Origin: a virus
Lineage: Duplodnaviria; Caudoviricetes
Length of the DNA: 59,917 bases
Virus record (IMG/VR): IMGVR_UViG_3300026097_000024
Location: 1 to 59,917 of that record
Strand: one strand, 5' to 3'
Part shown: one piece after another, positions 26,228-41,200 of the stretch
How the letters are laid out: every line of letters begins with the position of its first letter
Numbering within the stretch: position 1 is the first letter of the stretch
Position numbers and translations under genes: made by a program
Notes under the pieces: generated by a model
The model's input: only the letters and a program-made list of their open reading frames with translations
Told to the model about the DNA's origin: nothing
Database searches by the model: none

Positions 26228-29200
26228 ATGGCATATGAAAACGATCAAAATGAATTTCCTTTACCAGCAAATGGTGATAGTAATCGTCGTTCAGAAAAGC
26301 ATCTACCTAGATATTTTAGGACTCAGGTAAACAGCAAATTTCTATCTAGCACATTTGATCAACTAATACAACCTGGTGTAGCAGAAAAGATCAATTCATA
26401 TATCGGCAGAGAAGTAGCTAAAGCTTATCAACAAGATGATACCTACCTAACTGATGTAAGCATTGATAGAAAAAATTATCAGTTAGAACCTGCTTCTGTA
26501 ATTACAGATGAATTAGGTAATGTAGAATTTTACAAAGATTATAATGATTATATAAACCAAATTAAAAACTTTAATGGTAATACTGTAGACCACAGTAGGT
26601 TAAATGAGCAAGAATATTATGCATGGAACCCGCACATTGATTGGGACAAATTTACTAATTTCCGAGAGTATTATTGGTTGCCTAACGGGCCTCAAACTGT
26701 TAACATCGTAGGTCAGAACACAGACATAGTCAGTACATATACTGTGAGATTGTCAGATAATTTAGATAATTACGGATATGTTTTTACGCCAGACGGTCTA
26801 ACACAAAATCCTACCTTAAAACTATATAGAGGAGTGAAATATCGTTTTGATATCAACACGCCTGGCTTACCTATCACTTTCAAAACAAAAAGAACACTAG
26901 ACGAAGATTTCTTGATCGATGAAGGCATATCAATTCAGTCTGTAGAAAACGGTGTTATAGAAATAGAATTTTCGTCAGAAGTTCCTAATAATATCTATTA
27001 TGTGGCAGAAAACGACATAAATGCATCTGGATTAATCAAAGTAGCCAACATAGAAGAAGCTAGTTTTATAGATGTAGAATCAGAAATTATTGGCAAAAAA
27101 ACCTATACATCCAGCACCGGAGTTGCCTTATCTAATGGAATGAAGATTAAATTCCAAGGAGAAGTTGTGCCAGCAATATATCAGAACACTGAATGGTATG
27201 TTGAAGGTGTAGGTGATAAGATACAATTAATTAACGAAAGTTCTCTAAATGTCGCCAGCGTTTTTGCAAGCACTTTACCTATTGAATTCGATACAGAAGG
27301 TTTTGATAGATCTCCATTTGATGAAGCAATTGGGTTTCCTGCCGCAAAGGATTATTTTGTTATAAACAGAGCTTCAAAAGATGGTAATTTGTGGAGTAGA
27401 TATAACAGGTGGTTTCATAGAAGTGTAATAGAAAAAAGTGCAGAAATTAACAATCAGCAGATCAGTATTGATCAAAGCCAAAGAGCAAAAAGACCAATCA
27501 TAGAATTTGATGCTGGGCTTAAACTTGCCAATTTTGGAACATTTGCCAAGACTGATGTAGATCTTGTAGATAATTTTACAATTGACATATTTTCCACTAT
27601 AGAAGGCTCAGCTGGATATAACATTGACGGAGTGGACATTACTGATGGAATGCGGATTTTGTTCACTGCAGATACAGATATATTGGTAAGAAATAGGATA
27701 TTTGAAGTTCAGTTTATTACCTTTGCAAGCGGTTCGATTGATAATAGACAAATAACATTAGTTGATGTGACTGACACACACCCTGTTGAAAATGAAACTG
27801 TATTAGTCAGACAAGGAAATACTTTTGGCGGCACGATACTCCATTATAATGACAACAAATGGATTTTGTCACAGTCTAAGGTAAGTGTAAATCAAGCACC
27901 GTTATTTGATGTTTTTGATGAAAACGGAAACAGCTATCTTGATTCTAGTTTTTATCAAGCTTCTACTTTTACTGGTACAAAAGTTTTTAGTTATAAACAA
28001 GGTGTAGGGCCTGTAGATTCAGAATTAGGAATACCTTTAAGTTACAGAACAATAGAAAATGTAGGAGACATTACTTTTTCCTTTGATTTGTTGCAAGATT
28101 CTTTCAGTTATCAGATTGAAAATGAATCATTTACCAAAGGAACAAACATAGGGTTTGTGAGAACATATTCTAATATTGACAATTTTGATACAAAAAGTGC
28201 TTGGATAAAAGCAGAAGATCTAAGCAGTCAGCCTGTAATAAGGCAATATGTGTTTGACAATACTTTTACTTCATTTGACATAGATGTTTATGACAATAGT
28301 GCTGAAATTAACGACCTATGGATAAAAGTTTATGTAAACAACGAGTTAAAATTCCAAGACATAGATTATACTATACAAACTACACCTAATAACAATAGCA
28401 CAATATCTTTTACTAATGATTTGAACATAGGCGACATAATTGTTATAAAAACAAAAAGTTCTGCACCTAAAAACAACAACGGATATTATGAAATAGCAAG
28501 CAATTTAGAAAAAAATCCACTGAATAACGATCTTAATGAATTTACATTAGGAGAAGTGAATGATCATGTATCTAGTATTGTTGAAGAGACAGATAGCTTT
28601 AACGGGTTATTTCCTGGTGTTAGTAATTTACGAGATGCCGGGCCTATAAGCAAATACGGTAAGAAATTTATCAAGCACAGTTCTCCTTTAAATTTAGCTT
28701 TATATCATATGGTTGATAAAGAAGCAAATATTGTAAAGTCTTTGAGATATGCTCGCAGAGAATACGGAAAGTTCAAAAGATTATTTCTGCAGACAGCAAA
28801 CGAACTTGGATATGATGGCCCGGTAAAGGAGCATGTAGATAGAATTCTACAAGAAATTGTGAAAGACAAAACTGATTCAATGCCTTTTTATTTTTCCGAT
28901 ATGATTCCACTTGGTGCATCTAAAAGAATCACAATTGAAATTGAAGATGCAGACAGTCAGAATTTCTTTGGACTAAGTGAGATATTTGATTTAAGCATTC
29001 CAAGTAGGAAAGCAGTTCAGGTCTATCTTAATGGAGTACAGTTAACACATCAAAAAGATTATACATTTAACAGTGACGGATTCGTTGTGTTAACCGCATC
29101 CAAACAAATAGGTGATATAGTAGACATATATGAATATGAAACAACAAATGGAAGTTATGTACCACCTACTCCGACAAAATTAGGACTGTATCCTAAATAC

Positions 29201-32200
29201 GAACCCGTTTTATACAATGACAATACCTATTTAGAATCAACAAATGTAATACAAGGACATGATGGAAGCATAATCATAGCATACAATGATTTCAGAGATG
29301 AATTATTGCTAGAGCTAGAGCGCAGAATCTATAACAATATAAAGATAGATTACGACGTTAATTACATTGATATCCACGAGTTTAGAAACGGAGAGTATCG
29401 TAATAGTGGATTTAATAACACCGAAATCAACAATGCAATTTTAGCAGATTTTGTTCAATGGACACAATTGATTGAAGAGGATTACGCTGAAAACAACTCA
29501 TTTGAAAGATCTAATTCTTTTACTTGGAACTATAGTTCTATGACTGACAGCCAAGGACAATCTTTGCCAGGCTTTTGGCGAGCAGTATACAAACATGCAT
29601 ATGACACAGATCGTCCACACACACATCCTTGGGAAATGCTAGGCTTTTCAATAAAGCCGACTTGGTGGGACAGTCAATATGGACCTGCTCCGTATACCAG
29701 CGATAATTTGTTGCTATGGGAAGACTTAGAAAAGGGTGTAATTAGAAATCCAGGGCAAAGATTTTTGCTAGATAAAAAATATCAAAGACCTGGTCTTACT
29801 TCTCATCTTCCAGTAGACAATCAAGGAAATCTTTTAAGTCCAGCCGCATCTGGATATGCAAAAAATTATATCACAACCAATATTGATAACAGCTTTGAAT
29901 TTGGAGATGAATCGCCTGTAGAAACTGCTTGGAGAAGAAGTTCAGAATATCCATTTGCTTTTATTACAGCATGGGCATTGACTCAGCCTAGTAAATTGTT
30001 TGGTGCAGGATTTGATAGATTTAGACAGGTAAGGAATATTGCCGGAGAGCTAATTTATACTCCTACACAAACTCATATTAGGTTAGAAGATTTAATTTTT
30101 CCAAACACAGAAAATGAGTCGGAACAGAGATTTACAAGTGGATTGGTAAATTACATCGCTGGTTATATGACAGCAAACATCACAACTCCTTTTGAAAACT
30201 ATCAAGATAAAATTAAAAAAATAGGCAATCAAATTGGTTTTAAACTTGGCGGGTTTACAGATAAGAGTAAATTTAATCTTATTTTAGACAGCAGGACTCC
30301 ACTAAATCAGGGTAATGTTTTCGTCCCTGAAGAAAACTATAAAGTATTTCTGAACACTAGCACTCCTATAGATACTATAAACTATAGTGGAGTAATAATA
30401 GAAAAACAACCAGGCGGCTATGTGGTTAGAGGATATGATCAAGAACAGCCCGTTTTTAAAGTTTATCCTACAATAGCTTTAGAAAATGACCCTGTGATAA
30501 CTGTAGGAGGCATATCAGAATCTTTTGTTACTTGGGATAGCAATAAAACCTACACCATTGGACAAAATGTAGAATATGAAGGATCTTATTACAGAGTAGC
30601 AGAACAGCATACAAGCAGTCCTAGTTTTGATATAGACAAGTTTTCTAAATTACCCTCACTACCTCTCATAGGTGGTAGAAGTGCAGTGTTTAGAAGGAAG
30701 TTTTTTGAAAACAAAGTATCAGAAATTCCTTATGGCACTTTGTTTCGCACTGTACAGGATGTTGTAGATTTTTTACTAGGTTATGAGCGATATCTTGAAA
30801 CATCTGGATTTATATTTGACTACTTTGACGAAGAAGATGAAACAGTAAACGATTGGAAGAAATCAGCCAAAGAGTTTATGTTTTGGACTACGCAAAATTG
30901 GGCTGCTGGATCGGTAATAAGTTTAAGTCCTGGTGCCAAACAAATTAAATTAGTTTCAGAATATTCAACAGTTGACAATATATTTGATAGTTTCTATGGT
31001 TATACATTATACAAAGCTGACGGTAAAAAATTAGTAGAAGAATTTTCGAGTCTGAGTAGACAAAATCCAAACGAATTCATTTTGAAACCAAAAAACACAG
31101 CAGATGGCATCTATGCAATAAAACTGCCTTTAGTTCAAAAAGAACATGTGGTGCTGTTAGATAATAGAACTGTTTTTGGAGATATTATATATGATCTAGA
31201 ACCAGGATATAGACAAGAACGAATAAGAGCTTTAGGTTATAGAACGGCTGACTGGGACGGCAGTTTGAACATTCCTGGTTTTATATACGATGATGCACCT
31301 GTAACTGAATGGGAACCCTGGAAAGACTATGCAATCGGGGATCTTGTTAAGCACAAAGAATTTTACTATGCTGCAGATAATAAAATAGCAGGAAAAGAAT
31401 CTTTTGACAGTTCAGAGTGGAATAGATTACCAAAAGAACCAGCGCCTGTCCTGTTAACCAATTTCGATTATAAAATTAATCAGTTTGCAGATTTTTATGA
31501 TCTAGACAGTGATAATTTTGATATCGAACAGCAAAGATTTGCACAACACTTAATAGGATATCAAAATAGAAACTATCTCGCAAATATTATTAATGACGAT
31601 GTTAGTCAATATAAGTTTTATCAAGGTTTCATTCAGGACAAAGGAACAAAAAACTCTTTAACAAAGCTATTCGATGTGTTAGGTAACACAAACAAAGACA
31701 GTCTAGAATTTTACGAAGAGTGGGCAATAAAATCAGGTCAATATGGTGCGGCAGATGGATTTGACGAAGTAGAATTTTTACTAGATGAAGAAAAATTTAG
31801 GCTTACTCCGCAACCTATTGAATTAGTGCAAACAGTTTCTGGCGAAGAAACTGACTTAATTTATAGGATAAGACCTTTCGAAGTATATCAAAAACCAGAA
31901 AACTATAATCACGCTCCGTTCCCTACTGTTTATATTAACGACGGGTACACAAAAAATAGTGGATATGTGAACCCGGAAGATGTTCAACATGTTGTATCTG
32001 ATTATGATGCTATATTGAATATAAATTTTAAAGATTGTAAAAATAATGATTATGTTTGGGTAGGAAATGAAAAATTATCCTGGAATGTTTACAAACATTC
32101 TCGCACAAACCTCAATATTGAAAGCTTAATTCAAGGCGAATCGGAATTTACCATTGTTTTAGATTCTACACCTAGAGATATACAAGTCGGAGAAATACTA

Positions 32201-35200
32201 GGTGTGTATGATCTAATTACTACAGAAATTACACCAGAAGACAGCACATATCAATCGATTACCCAGACTACAGCGGCTATAGGTAATTTTTACAAGGTGA
32301 AAGATGTAATTGTAAACAAAATCATCTTAGAAACAAACGAACCAATCGACGATATAGAAAAATGTAAAGGCAAAATTAGTAGATTCATAAGTGCAAGAAA
32401 AGCCGATTTATCAACTGCAAATAGTTATGCTGAAAGTGGTTTAGAAAACAATGACATTATATGGATCGACGATGCAGGTAACAATCAATGGACAGTGTTA
32501 CAGAAAAATAGCGGATTCAACGAACTAGAAACAATATCAAATCATGAGGGTGACAGCACTGACCATGATTATGCACAAACCGTATCGGCAAATAATTCTA
32601 ACACAGTTATTGCTGTAGGAGCTCCAAATAACCAAAACGGAAAGGTATACATTTATTACAGAGGAAGTAATTCGTCAAACTGGAAACTTACACAAACACT
32701 GGAACCAAGTGAGGTAGCTGATCCTGGCCAAAGATACGGCGAATCTGTATCAATTTCACCAGATGGTAAGTATCTGGTTGTAGGATCTCCTGACGCATCT
32801 AATGTGAAAACAAATTACAAGCAAAACTATGTAACCACAAATGATTACGCCGCAGGAGATATTGTAAAATTTCAAGAAGTTCTCTGGCAAGCCGTGGTAG
32901 ATGTTGAAGGAGCAGAGTCTAATATTCAATTTGGAAGTTTTGACGGAGTAGCACAATCTATAGAACGGTTGAATATTGGCACATCGTCGTCGCAAAAAGT
33001 TAACACTATTCTTACAGGAAATTATCCATTTACTAATCAAACAACTGACCATTTAATAATACGAGCACCAGAAGATATGTATGAAGGATCTGCCATCGGC
33101 GATCAAATTAAGTTAAAATGGAATCTCTTGACTTTTGCAAATCAAGACCAAACAGAAATCGAGGCAAGACAACCGTTTGACAACGAAATCGCTGGAATTA
33201 ATGGTGCATTTTTGACAGACAAACACGAAATAAGATTCAAAATTGATGCAATTTTATATATCGATGCTTCTACAAATGTTCCAAATATAGGAGATAGAGT
33301 AGAGGTAGAAAACGCTTTTGGCACAGTTGAATATACCTACCTTGAAGGTGCAAGATTAACAATTTATCTAAAAGATGTAAATGGACAATTCCCTGTAGCA
33401 GATAGTTTGTTTACTTCTGAAGGAGACTTTGTAGGCGAATATGAAAGAGCTGCTCCTGCAGAGACAATAGATACATCAGATGTATATGGCGGATTTTGGG
33501 CTATAACTGTCCCAGACTACAATGTAAACACAAACACGGAAGATGAAGGTAGAGGCTTGGTTTATGTTGATTTTATTCCAAACAATCAAGCTGATACAAA
33601 TAGATTTTATTATAACATATTAGATTTTGAAACATCGACAATTAACAGTGAAAATACAATTAACAGTTATATACAGGCACTATCCTATCAATCGCCTGCA
33701 GGAGGTGCTGGCGGCAGCACCGATGCTTTCTTATCTGATTTATTTGTAGTACGAGCACCAAAAGTTCTAACTGATAATTTAAATATAGTCAGTGAAGGAA
33801 ATCAAAACAATGATGAAATTGATTTGCATATGCCATTGCTGCCGAGATTCTATGTAGATTTATCACAACCACTAGATAATAATGTAGAATATTTTGTTAT
33901 TCTAAATGGAGTAAGAATAGACGATCCTTTCTTTGGAACCACATTACAGACTAATCCAAATGCTGAAACATCAACAATAATCGGCGACGGTGCAACCACA
34001 AGAATCTTCTTTGATGACTTAGGTATAGAATTTGCGCCTACTGATCTATTGCAAATACAAAGAAGTGGAACATTAGTAAATGTAGTATCTGTGAATCCAT
34101 TTGGTACTGTTTTACAAGATATAAATCTTAGCTATGCTTCATTTAATCGTAGACACACTATCTACGATCTATGGGACGGTTATATAAACTTTGATTTTAC
34201 CGTTTTTAACCCAGCCACTGGAGAACCATTCGAGCCTAGAGTAGGTGATACTGTTGTTGATGTAACAACAGATGCGGAAGCGGTTGTTACTTTTTATCAG
34301 AGAAACGGGTCTAATGTTACAATATTTGTAAAAGCAGTTACAGGAAATTGGAGCCTAGGAAATCAATTTGGAGATAATGCAGAAATTAAATATCTAGGAA
34401 CACCTGGAGATCCCGATCCTGCGTATCGTAATGATCAAGTTATGGGTCAAACACAGTTTACAAGTCTTGGTTTTGATTCTGCAGGAATAGGCAAATTAAT
34501 TGTCTTAAGCAATGTAGAAAATATACCTGTTTCAAATCAATCTGTGATTATTGATAATGAATATTGGCTCTACAGAGAAGGAAATGTTTTAGGTATACCT
34601 AGATCAGCTAGTATCCCAAGTTTAGATAACAATGACTGGCAAAGAACATTTAACATACCAGCAACAAGTACCGGCACCGTCAGCGGATTGGTAAAAGAAG
34701 GACTTTATTCAGTTTACATTGCAGAAGGCAGCGGCAGATTTAGTTTGGTTAATGATTTTTCAGTACCAGAAAAACAAAATAATTTTAGATTAGGTGCAAA
34801 AGTAAAATTACGCGAATTTAATGATTTGTATAGATTATTTGTTCAAGCCACAGGTGATCAAAATTTAACAGGTAACGACGAGGATTTCACATCTTGGGGT
34901 AGAATATATTTTGTTAATCAAGGCATTGACAATTTCAGCAATAGGTGGAATTGGGATTTTGCAAGAAACAAAAGATTTATAGGTCAGTTTGTAACATCAG
35001 TTTCTTATGTTGAAAACGATATAGTATTTCATAACGGTGAATTGTATGTAGCTACTACAAATATCGCGCCTGGATCTTTCAATGCTAATGACTGGCGACT
35101 GATACCAGATGAAGACCGCACAGAATTTGTAGGTTACATACCTAACGATACTGATTTGGTGTTAGGAGAAGATTCTAGCTCTATTTTGTCTGCCACTGAA

Positions 35201-38200
35201 GATTTACTCGTTTTTGCAAAAGATTTTGATACATCAGAAAACGGAGAAGTACTGGTAGTTTCTAATAATAACAGAACCAGTGCTCCTAACGAAGTTCTAA
35301 TTTATAGGTCATTCAACGGCAACTACTTAAAATCTCAAGTGATCGAAGCTCCTAATAATTTTGTAGGATTTGGAGATGTGGTTAGTATAAGCTCAGATGG
35401 TACTGTTATTGCAATAGGTTTACCGTTTGACGATACTTCTAAACTAGACCAAGGACAAGTTAATATATACCAGCAAGTTGATGGTAGTTTTGTACAAACA
35501 CAGACTCTAAATAGCCCTAATAATGAAAGTGCCGAAATGTTTGGCAGATACCTTGATTTTGATAATAACACTTTAATAGTCACAGGAAAAAATGCAGACA
35601 GTTCAGAAATTACTACTTTCGACACAAATACTACAATTTTTGACAATGGGTTTACAAAATATAAAAATTATGACAACGACAGCGGTGTAGTGTATGTATA
35701 TGAAAGGATTAATAATACATTAGTTTATGCACAAACTTTATCTTACAATGACAATGCTGTAGATTATTTTGGTAGAAATATCACAATAAAAAATAATCAT
35801 ATATATGTTGGCTTGCCTAGATATCAAAGCGAATTAGGTAGACAAGGATCTTTAGTAGATTATAGTCGGAATCAAAATATTACGGTTTTGGAGCAAATAA
35901 GGAATCCTAAATTCACAGTCAATCTAGAAAAGATCAAAAAAGTAATTTTATACGATACAAAAGAAAATGAATTACTTACATATCTTGATTATATTGATCC
36001 TATCCAAGGTAAGATAGCAGGCCCTGCCGAACAAGAAATAAGTTTTAAAACCTATCTTGATCCTGCTACTTATACAATAGGCACTATAGACCTAAATGTA
36101 AACAACACTAATAGTTGGGGACCTGAGCAAGTAGGTCGAGTTTGGTGGGACTTGACGAATGCTAAATTCATTAATCCTTATCAAGGAAATGTTATTTTCA
36201 GTGCAAATAATTGGAATACTTTATTCGATTCGAACACCATAGATATTTACGAATGGGTAGAAAGTAATATTTTGCCTAATGAATGGGACGAAATATCTGA
36301 TACCGAAGAAGGAATTTCTCGTGGAATAAGCGGTAAAAGCAGATATGGCAATTTAGTTTATGTTCAAAAACAGGTTTATGACGAAGTAGCTCAGAGTTTT
36401 TCCAATAAATTTTATTTTTGGGTAAAAGGCAAAACCACCGTTCCTAATGTAGAATGGAGAACTATATCTATAGATAATGTTGCAAAATTAATTTCTGATC
36501 CTGCCTCCCAAGGTTATAGGCATGTGAATTTTATAAATGAAAACAGTTTTGTTTTACATAATTGTGATAATTTTATAAAAAACAAAGATGTATCACTAAG
36601 CGTACAATATTGGACAATAGACGATCAAGAAAATAATATTCATAACCAGTACCAAATTGTCACTGAAGGTTTAGCAACCAGCATACCTAAGCGGGATATA
36701 GAAAGGAAATGGTTTGATAGTTTGATAGGATATGATGAGCAGTTCAGGAATGTTCCTGATCCTAACTTATCTATAAAACAAAAATATGGAATACTGAACA
36801 GACCTAGACAAAGTTGGTTTGTAAATAGATTTGAAGCACTAAAACAAGTTATTGAAAGAGTTAACACTGTATTACTGCAAAATTTAATTATCGACGACAA
36901 AGATATATCTCCTTTATTGGAAAGCGACCCTCCTCCGTCTAGTCTTACCAATCTCTATGATACAACTGTAGATACAGTAGCAGATTTAGATTTTGTAGGC
37001 GTTGCAAGGGCGCAAAGGGCTGTTCTAACTCCTGTGATAGAAAACGGAAAAGTTACAAGAGTTATAATTGAAAATGCAGGAAGGGGTTATTTAGTTCCTC
37101 CTACAGTTACCATAGCGGGTCAAGGATCTGATGCAGTTATTGAAACAACAATAGATTCTTTGGGTAAAATTGATAGTATTACAATTCTAAATCAAGGATT
37201 TAATTATGACAGCAATACAGTGTTATCGGTAAGAAGATTTACTGCTTTAGTAACCAACGACGAAACTATACAAGGTAAATGGGCTCTATATGAAAGAAAC
37301 AGCGATACTAGGGAGTGGTTAAGGATTGAAAGTCAGTCTTATAGTGTGCCTTTATATTGGGAATACGCAGATTGGTATGCTAAAGGATTGAGTGAATTTA
37401 CAAATATTGATTATCTAATCGAAGAAAGTTTCCAATTGCAAAGCCTCGAAGATAATATAGGTGATATTGTAAAAATTTCTAATATAGGCACAGGAGGATG
37501 GCTGTTATTGGAAAAAATCGATAATCAAAACACTCCTGATTATACCGTAAACTATAAGACTGTAGGTAGGCAAAACGGTACCATTCAATTTAAAGATAGT
37601 CTGTTTGATAACAAAGTAAGTCTGGTTGGGTTCGACAGTATAAGTTACGATACAAAATTCTTTGATGCTCAACCCACTATAGAAACTCGTAAAATTCTCA
37701 ATGCAATAAAAAACAATTTATTAATTGATGAACTGTCCATTGAATACAATGCTTTATTTTTTGCAAGCATAAGATATGTTTTCGCTGAGCAAGGATATGT
37801 CGATTGGGCATTTAAAACAAGTTTTGTAAAAGCAAAACATAATGTCGGTGATTTAAGAGAAGATATTACATTTAATAACGATAATTTGCCTAGCTACGAG
37901 CAATACTTAAATGAAGTAAAACCATATAAGACAAAATTAAGAGAATATTTAAGCAGTTACGAAAAAATAGATAACACACAATCTGTTACCACCGACTTTG
38001 ATTTGTCGCCGACTTATAATGAAGATTTAAAACAGATCTTACCGCAAATCGTCAGAGTAGAAAATAATAATATCATAGGAACCAATGCTGATTTCGAAAC
38101 ATATCCAAATAGACATTGGCTTGAAAATGTTGGATACGAAGTAACAAGTATTGAAATAGCAGACGGGGGATCGGGGTATACATTCCCGCCCGTGATAACG

Positions 38201-41200
38201 CTCGAAGGCGGCGGCGGTTCAGGCGCAGAAGCAAGAGCATTATTAGGCAACAATGGAGTTATTACCAGTGTTGTAGTCACAAATAGTGGACAAGGTTATA
38301 TAAGTGCCCCTAGTGTACAAATTGAAGGCACCCAAACTGAAGACGGCACTCCTGCAAGATTGTCTGTGGTAATCGGTAATGGTCTTGTAAGAAGCATGCA
38401 TACTGCTCTGAAATTTGACAGAGTCAGCGGAATTTTTCAAATTACAAAACTTGCAGAAACTGAAACTTTCACAGGATCAGGTTCCCAATATATATTTCAA
38501 CTCACATGGCCAATGGACCTACGGAACACAACGATAGAAGTGGTTGTTGACGGAAATCTTGCTTTGAGTAGTGAATATCGATACTATAATAAGAAAGATA
38601 CAAGCAAAGGATATGACAGAAACTTTGGCACAATAGAATTTACTAATCCGCCTCGATCTGATGCGAATATTTCAATTAGTTACAGGAAATCTATTGACCT
38701 GTTGTCCGCACAAGATAGAATAAATTTGTTTTATGATCCTGCAACAGGGCAGTATGGTAAAGATCTTAGCCAATTAATGGATGGAATTGATTATGGCGGT
38801 GTTGAAGTAAAAAGCTTTGAATTTAGTGGAATATCTGGATGGGACACAGACGATTGGTACAATGGTATATGGGATACTTACGATACCACATTTGATGACG
38901 AAATTTTTGAGCTTGATGGTTCGACACTTGCATTAGATCTTGCTCAGCCGTTAGCACTAGGAGTGACCTATAACATCTATAAAAATAATGTGCGAATAGA
39001 CGATCCGTTGTTCGGAACAGGAAACGAAACTAATCCTAATGCTCAGATTCCTAGCTTTGTAGGCGACGGACAGGTACAAACTATCAATTTAGGAGATTAT
39101 GATATCTCTGCAAATGCAGGTGATATTTTTGTGGTGAGAAAGATAGACAGTGACGGAAGTTTCCTACCAAGTCCAGATACATATGATACAATTGTACAAG
39201 GTGGTAACCTGGCATATTCCACAGCCACCGGTCTGAATGCAGAAGACATTAACATAGATGGCGACGGGTTCGTCACTCCAACTACTTCAAAAGGTCCAGA
39301 AGAAATTGTGCCAGGACAGTTGTTAGATACTGTGGATATTCAAGTTTACGAGCAACCAACTCAAGGTAGTAGTTTAATTACCATGCGCAACTATATTGGT
39401 AATGGAAATAACAAAACATTCAATCTAGGTACAATGCCACTCACCGAAGAATCTCTGTTTGTAAAAGTAGATTATTCTATTATATCCAAAAACGATTATG
39501 TTATCGATTACGACAATAATACTGTTACTTTTGATACTGCTCCGGCGAATGATACTAGAATTACTATATTGATTCTAGGAACATCAGGAAACCGTGTTTT
39601 GGATATAGATTCATTCATAGGTGACGGGTCTACAAATGACTTTTTAACAAATGTAAGGTGGAGAGAAGACATAAATTATTTTGCAACTGCAAACGGAAAA
39701 TCACTTCCTAGCATATTAGTTGAATCGGATGATGCTTTTGAAGTATCTGGAAATGTCGTAATAAGATTTGCTGAACCGCCTGCAGAAGATGCAGAGATAA
39801 ATTTTGCAATATTCGAAGGAGATCAACAAAGTTATAGCACAGTAGTAATTGATGAATTTGAAGCAGACGGCAGTACAACTGCTTTTGACTTAAGCCAACC
39901 TCTGTTTGGAAGCAGTCCTGGAAACTTTTATACCATAGTAAAAGTAAACGATAAAGTATTAAATGCAGGGTACAATGAGATATTTGAAGTGTCTTCTCTG
40001 AGAGAATACCAACTTAAATTATATCAAATACCTACTGGCACTGTAAACGCAGGGGAAGTAGAAGTATATTTGAACAACGAAAAACTTAATTTCTTACAAG
40101 ATTGGAGTTTTGAAGGCGCAGGAGCATTTGATCCTTCGGTGTCACTAGACACTCAGGCAGGGAGCACAATTATTCTCAGCGAGAATATAGGATTAATCGG
40201 CGACAAATTGAGAGTTTTTATAATAAGCAATGGCGAATATCGATTTGGGTATTTTGAAGATTCTACAACTGACGATTATGAATCATTTGTGTCTACTCCT
40301 GGTACTTTGCATCTTGACGATCCTTACAACCACGGTGATAATATAACAGTTTATCAATTTAGTAATGACATACCTCAAGGAATAGATAGACAAAACTACG
40401 ACATAATAGAAAGGACACCGTTAACATTCCAATCAGAAGATTATTACGAATTACGACAACTTCGTACAGGATTGATACCACTTCGCAGTGAAACTTTAGA
40501 TGCACAGTATGTGTGGGTTGTTAAAAATGGAAGTTTACTCAATCCGAGTGTTGATTATGATGTCACAGAAAACCGTAGATATGTGAAACTTGTAGACCAA
40601 TTGAACGAAAATGATGTTATTGAAACAATACATTTTGCAAATGTTCAGCTAAAAAACAAGTTTGGATGGCGTCAATTTAAAGATATGTTAAATAGAACTG
40701 CTTATTATAGGATTGACAATACCACAGAAAATATTTTAACAAAGGAACTCCGTTGGTACGATAGAACTATAATACTAGATCGCGCAGATAACTTACCTAA
40801 TCCAACCAGTACACTGCCAGGAGTAGTTTTTATTAATGGAGAAAGAATAGAATACTTTGTTAAAGATGGAAATGAATTAAAACAATTGAGACGCGGCACT
40901 TTAGGCACAGGAGTACCAGAAGTTCACCAAGTGGGTTCAGATGTACAGGATCAAAGCAGAAATACTATAATGCCTTACAGAGACGAAACAGTAACACTTA
41001 TTTTTGATGGCGACGAAACAACTAATACATTCGAACTTGATTTTATTCCTTTGAGAGTAGACGAATTTGAAGTTTTTGTAGCTGGACGCAGGCTCAGAAA
41101 AAATATGATCGATTCTTATCAATTTGAATATACTCAAAACGGGGAAGTGGTATCAGCAATTGCACAAGATTCTCCAGAGGGTGATGTGGTTCTTCCACCT

